From a virus (taxonomy: Duplodnaviria; Heunggongvirae; Uroviricota; Caudoviricetes), in the IMG/VR virus record IMGVR_UViG_2778261122_000007, positions 1 to 29,245 of that record: a DNA stretch of 29,245 nt; one strand, written 5' to 3'. The position numbers were made by a program, and so were the translations under genes. The notes beneath the pieces were generated by a model that did not search any database, was not told the DNA's origin, and saw nothing but the letters and a program-made list of their open reading frames with translations. Of the stretch, positions 25,464 to 29,245 are shown piece by piece (the first letter of the stretch is position 1; each line of letters starts with the position of its first letter).

Positions 25464-26161
25464 TGCAGGATATACAGCAGGAAACACTGAATGAGTGTAC
25501 AAAAGCGGAGCAATCCGCGCTGGTCGTGCTCTGGGAAGTCGATCTGACAGAAGTCGGCGGAGAGCGTTATTTTTTCTGTAATGAGCAGAACGAAAAAGGT
25601 GAGCCGGTCACCTGGCAGGGGCGACAGTATCAGGCGTACCCCATCCAGGGGAGCGGATTTGAGATGAACGGTAAAGGAGCCAGCGCCAGGCCAACTCTGA
25701 AAGTCTCTAATCTGCACGGCATGGTCACCGGGATGGTGGAAGATTTGCAGAGCTTGGTCGGCGGAACGGTGGTCAGGCGTAAGGTTTACGCCCGTTTTCT
25801 GGATGCGGTGAACTTCGTCAACGGAAACAGCGACGCCGATCCGGAGCAGGAGGTGATCAGCCGCTGGCGCATCGAGCAGTGCAGCGAACTGAGCGCGGTC
25901 AGTGCCTCCTTTGTGCTCTCCACACCGACGGAAACGGACGGCGCTGTTTTTCCGGGACGTATCATGCTGGCCAACACCTGCACCTGGACCTATCGCGGTG
26001 ATGAGTGCGGTTATAGTGGTCCGGCGGTCGCGGATGAATATGACCAGCCAACGTCCGATATCACGAAGGATAAATGCAGCAAATGCCTGAGTGGCTGTAA
26101 GTTCCGCAATAACGTCGATAACTTTGGCGGCTTCCTTTCCATTAACAAACTTTCGCAGTAA
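25463..26161 (+). CDS. L: minor tail protein L
   Basis: 232 aa; strong similarity to lambda L as I recall it, including the C-terminal Cys cluster (CGYSG ... CSKCLSGCKFRNN). Confidence 0.9.
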   Translation: MQDIQQETLNECTKAEQSALVVLWEVDLTEVGGERYFFCNEQNEKGEPVTWQGRQYQAYPIQGSGFEMNGKGASARPTLKVSNLHGMVTGMVEDLQSLVGGTVVRRKVYARFLDAVNFVNGNSDADPEQEVISRWRIEQCSELSAVSASFVLSTPTETDGAVFPGRIMLANTCTWTYRGDECGYSGPAVADEYDQPTSDITKDKCSKCLSGCKFRNNVDNFGGFLSINKLSQ

Positions 26162-26165
26162 TCCC

Positions 26166-26909
26166 ATGACAGAGACAGAATCAGCGATTCTGGCGCACGC
26201 CCGGCGATGTGCGCCAGCGGAGTCGTGCGGCTTCGTGGTGAGAACGCCGGAGGGGGAAAGATATTTTCCCTGTGTGAATATTTCCGGTGAGCCGGAGGAT
26301 TATTTCCGGATGGCTCCGGAGGACTGGCTGCATGCAGAGATGCAGGGTGAGATTGTGGCGCTGGTCCACAGTCACCCCGGTGGTCTGCCCTGGCTGAGTG
26401 AGGCTGACCGGCGGCTGCAGGTGCAGAGTGATTTGCCGTGGTGGCTGGTCTGCCGGGGGGCGATTCATAAGTTCCGCTGTGTGCCGCATCTCACCGGGCG
26501 GCGCTTTGAGCACGGGGTGACGGACTGTTACACGCTGTTCCGGGATGCTTATCATCTGGCGGGGATTGAGATGCCGGATTTTCATCGCGGGGATGACTGG
26601 TGGCGTCACGGTCAGAATCTCTATCTGGATAATCTGGAGGCCACAGGACTGTATCAGGTGCCGTTGTCAGCGGCGCAGCCGGGCGATGTGCTGCTGTGCT
26701 GTTTTGGTTCATCGGTGCCGAATCATGCCGCCATTTACTGTGGTGACGGCGAGCTGCTGCACCATATTCCTGAACAACTGAGCAAACGAGAGAGGTATAC
26801 CGACAAATGGCAGCGACGCACACACTCCCTCTGGCGTCACCGGGCATGGCACGCATCTGCCTTTACGGGGATTTACAACGATTTGGCCGCCGCATCGACC
26901 TTCGTGTAA
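26166..26909 (+). CDS. K: tail assembly protein K (MPN/JAB and NlpC/P60 domains)
   Basis: ATG 26166 within the track ORF 26091-26909; MTETESAILAHARRCAPAESCGFVV... is near-identical to lambda K as I recall it. Confidence 0.9.
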   Translation: MTETESAILAHARRCAPAESCGFVVRTPEGERYFPCVNISGEPEDYFRMAPEDWLHAEMQGEIVALVHSHPGGLPWLSEADRRLQVQSDLPWWLVCRGAIHKFRCVPHLTGRRFEHGVTDCYTLFRDAYHLAGIEMPDFHRGDDWWRHGQNLYLDNLEATGLYQVPLSAAQPGDVLLCCFGSSVPNHAAIYCGDGELLHHIPEQLSKRERYTDKWQRRTHSLWRHRAWHASAFTGIYNDLAAASTFV

Positions 26910-27478
26910 AAACGGGGGCTGAAGCCATCCGGGCGCTGTCCACACAGGTCCCGGCGTTTCGTCAGAAACTGAATGACGGCTGGTATCAGGTGCGCATTGC
27001 CGGGCGTGATGCAGGTGAAACCGAATTATCTGCCCGTCTTAATGAGCCGCTGGCAAATGGTGCCGTGATCCATATCGTGCCGCGTCTGGCGGGAGCTAAA
27101 AGTGGCGGTGTGTTTCAGGCTGTGCTGGGGGCGGCGCTGATTGCGGTGGCATGGTGGAACCCTGTGGGCTGGCTGGGTGCCGCGGCTGTATCGGGCATGT
27201 ATGCGGCAGGGGCCAGTATGATCCTGGGCGGTGTGGCGCAGATGCTGGCACCGAAAGCCAGGACGCCCACGGCAGCAAGTACAGATAACGGCAAACAGAA
27301 CACCTATTTCTCGTCACTGGATAACATGGTTGCCCAGGGCAATGTTCTGCCTGTTCTGTACGGTGAAATGCGTGTGGGGTCGCGGGTGATTTCGCAGGAA
27401 GTCAGTACCCGTGATGAAGGGAACGATGGGAATATAGTGGTTATAGGGCGACAGGTATACAACAGCAGACATCTGTGA
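26807..27478 (+). CDS. I: tail assembly protein I
   Basis: 223 aa; MAATHTLPLASPGMARICLYGDLQRFGRRIDLRVKTG... is near-identical to lambda I as I recall it; overlaps the 3' end of K. Confidence 0.85.
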   Translation: MAATHTLPLASPGMARICLYGDLQRFGRRIDLRVKTGAEAIRALSTQVPAFRQKLNDGWYQVRIAGRDAGETELSARLNEPLANGAVIHIVPRLAGAKSGGVFQAVLGAALIAVAWWNPVGWLGAAAVSGMYAAGASMILGGVAQMLAPKARTPTAASTDNGKQNTYFSSLDNMVAQGNVLPVLYGEMRVGSRVISQEVSTRDEGNDGNIVVIGRQVYNSRHL

Positions 27479-27523
27479 GAACCCTCTTTGCATGGAAAAA
27501 TTGTTCAATGGTTATGGCGTAAG

Positions 27524-27547
27524 GGTAAGGGGGCTGCTCCCCTTACC
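27524..27547. terminator. perfect 9-bp stem-loop between convergent I and sodC; candidate bidirectional terminator
   Basis: GGTAAGGGG-GCTGCT-CCCCTTACC; no strong U tract on either side. Confidence 0.45.
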
Positions 27548-27554
27548 AGATTGA

Positions 27555-28082
27555 TTATGGAATGATGCCGCAGGCTATTCTCGCCCCGCCACCGCCGAGT
27601 GGCTCAGGATGGTCATGATGGTTGTCACCGCCTATGTGGATCATGAGAGAACGCCCGCCTATCTCTTGTAACCCTGTCAGTTTCGGTGCGAGTACAGGAT
27701 AGTTCGCCTTTCCATCATGAGTCACATACAGCGCAGGGAGATCACCGAGATGTCCGTCAGGAGACCAGGGGCCAAGATGCTTCCCGGTTTTTTTCGGGTC
27801 AAAGTGACCTCCTGCCGATAATGCCGCGACAGGTTTCCCGTCTTTCAGTGCCGGAGCGCAGTTTCCGTTCTCGTGTACATGAAAACCATGAATACCTTCG
27901 GGTAAAGAGTGAAGATCCGGAGTGAACAGCAGACCATAGGTCGTCTCCTGGACAGTTATTTTTCCAATGCTCTGTTCTTTTCCATCAGCATTCACAAGGT
28001 TCATCGGGACTTCTTTTGTGGCTGCGTATCCACACGATGATGCTGCCAGCATTGCAATGGCAGCAATAACGTTACATTTCAT
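27555..28082 (-). CDS. sodC: periplasmic Cu,Zn superoxide dismutase (prophage-borne moron)
   Basis: Start taken at ATG 28082 (GAGGG Shine-Dalgarno; the track ORF begins 4 codons earlier); signal peptide [20 protein letters not shown]; metal-ligand His motifs ([39 protein letters not shown]) typical of SodC. Confidence 0.9.
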   Translation of the reverse strand: MKCNVIAAIAMLAASSCGYAATKEVPMNLVNADGKEQSIGKITVQETTYGLLFTPDLHSLPEGIHGFHVHENGNCAPALKDGKPVAALSAGGHFDPKKTGKHLGPWSPDGHLGDLPALYVTHDGKANYPVLAPKLTGLQEIGGRSLMIHIGGDNHHDHPEPLGGGGARIACGIIP

Positions 28083-28219
28083 AAAACCCCTCATTAAATC
28101 CTGTTAACAGACTGAGTTCGCTGCTTGCAGGAAAACAAGCAGCATTTCGATGATATCGCGCAAAAGTTATGCAATGTGGCTATTGCTGTGATTAATCATA
28201 TCAATCATAAGAGAGCATT

Positions 28220-29245
28220 ATGGGTAAAGGTGGCGGTAAAGCACGTACTCCGCATGAAGTGAAAGATAATCTCAAATCCACGCAGTTACTGAGTGTGATC
28301 GATGCCATCAGCGAAGGGCCGATTGAAGGTCCGGTGGATGGGTTAAAAAGCGTGCTACTGAACAGTACGCCGGTGCTGGACACTGAGGGGAATACCAATA
28401 TCTCCGGTGTCACGGTGGTGTTCCGGGCAGGTGAGCAGGAGCAGACTCCGCCGGAGGGGTTTGAATCCTCCGGCTCCGAGACGGTGCTGGGTACGGAAGT
28501 GAAATATGACACGCCGATAACCCGCACCATCACGTCGGCAAACATCGACCGTCTGCGTTTTACCTTCGGTGTGCAGGCACTGGTGGAAACCACTTCAAAG
28601 GGTGACCGGAATCCGTCGGAAGTTCGCCTGCTGGTTCAGATACAGCGTAACGGTGGCTGGGTGACGGAAAAAGACATCACCATTAAGGGCAAAACCACCT
28701 CGCAGTATCTGGCCTCGGTGGTGGTGGATAACCTGCCTCCGCGCCCGTTCAATATCCGGATGCGCAGGATGACACCGGACAGCACCACAGACCAGCTGCA
28801 GAACAAAACGCTCTGGTCGTCATACACCGAAATCATCGATATGAAACAGTGCTACCCGAACACGGCACTGGTCGGTGTGCAGGTGGACTCGGAGCAGTTC
28901 GGCAGTCAGCAGGTGAGTCGTAATTATCATCTGCGCGGGCGCATTCTGCAGGTGCCGTCGAACTATAACCCGCAGACGCGACAATACAGCGGTATCTGGG
29001 ACGGAACGTTAAAACCGGCATACAGCAACAACATGGCCTGGTGTCTGTGGGATATGCTGACCCATCCGCGCTACGGCATGGGGAAACGTCTTGGTGCGGC
29101 GGATGTGGACAAATGGGCGCTGTATGTCATCGGCCAGAATTGCGACCAGTCGGTGCCGGATGGCTTTGGTGGCACGGAGCCGCGCATCACCTGTAATGCC
29201 TGGCTGACCACACAGCGTAAGGCGTGGGATGTTCTCAGTGATTTC
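28220..29245 (+). CDS. J: tail tip / host-specificity protein J, N-terminal 342 codons (3'-truncated at window end)
   Basis: Absent from the ORF track because it has no stop codon in the window; from ATG 28220 the translation MGKGGGKARTPHEVKDNLKSTQLLSVIDAISEGPIEGPVDGLKSVLLNSTPVLDTEGNTNISGV... closely matches lambda J as I recall it. Confidence 0.9.
   Translation, partial: MGKGGGKARTPHEVKDNLKSTQLLSVIDAISEGPIEGPVDGLKSVLLNSTPVLDTEGNTNISGVTVVFRAGEQEQTPPEGFESSGSETVLGTEVKYDTPITRTITSANIDRLRFTFGVQALVETTSKGDRNPSEVRLLVQIQRNGGWVTEKDITIKGKTTSQYLASVVVDNLPPRPFNIRMRRMTPDSTTDQLQNKTLWSSYTEIIDMKQCYPNTALVGVQVDSEQFGSQQVSRNYHLRGRILQVPSNYNPQTRQYSGIWDGTLKPAYSNNMAWCLWDMLTHPRYGMGKRLGAADVDKWALYVIGQNCDQSVPDGFGGTEPRITCNAWLTTQRKAWDVLSDF

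Noticed and set aside
25457-26167. Antisense 236-aa ORF covering gene L, and similar antisense ORFs within K/I (26181-26609, 26491-26856) and the tape measure gene (22627-23662)
   Set aside because: Shadow ORFs opposite highly conserved lambda-like tail genes; Pro/Arg-rich translations.
27686-27925. Plus-strand 79-aa ORF inside sodC
   Set aside because: Antisense shadow of the sodC gene, whose metal-binding motifs are read only on the minus strand.
28201-29021. Minus-strand ORFs 28201-28593, 28636-28836 and 28833-29021
   Set aside because: All overlap the + strand J reading frame, which matches lambda J; shadow ORFs.

Overview
This window reads as a mosaic lambdoid (Qin/Rac-like) prophage of an enterobacterium, running from the immunity region through the late operon; all calls are from reading the sequence and the ORF track, with no database search. 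Order on the + strand: early-left genes and an XRE/DicA-like repressor (1516-1935, minus) flanked by ATGTACT operator-like repeats; Cro/YdaS-like and YdaT-like genes; a replication initiator carrying two internal GTCACG iteron arrays (candidate origin); a cargo block (hypothetical winged-helix-like protein, SRPBCC protein, LysR regulator); a hok-type type I toxin locus missed by the ORF track; rem-like/DUF968/RusA/antiterminator Q; four tRNA genes; a phage-21-type lysis cassette (dual-start pinholin, SAR endolysin, Rz with embedded Rz1); a YfbU-family moron; HNH endonuclease, small and large terminase; HK97-type portal, protease and major capsid; lambda-like tail genes (major tail, G/G-T frameshift, tape measure, M, L, K, I); a reverse-oriented Cu,Zn superoxide dismutase (sodC) moron; and the 5' part of tail-tip gene J, truncated at the window edge. 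No integrase, attachment site or CRISPR array is visible. I found no clearly novel multi-gene system; the best candidates for follow-up are the intragenic iteron origin, the cargo block that sits where a helicase loader would be, the unannotated small peptide beside hok, the YfbU-like moron, and the tRNA set that decodes only A-ending codons.
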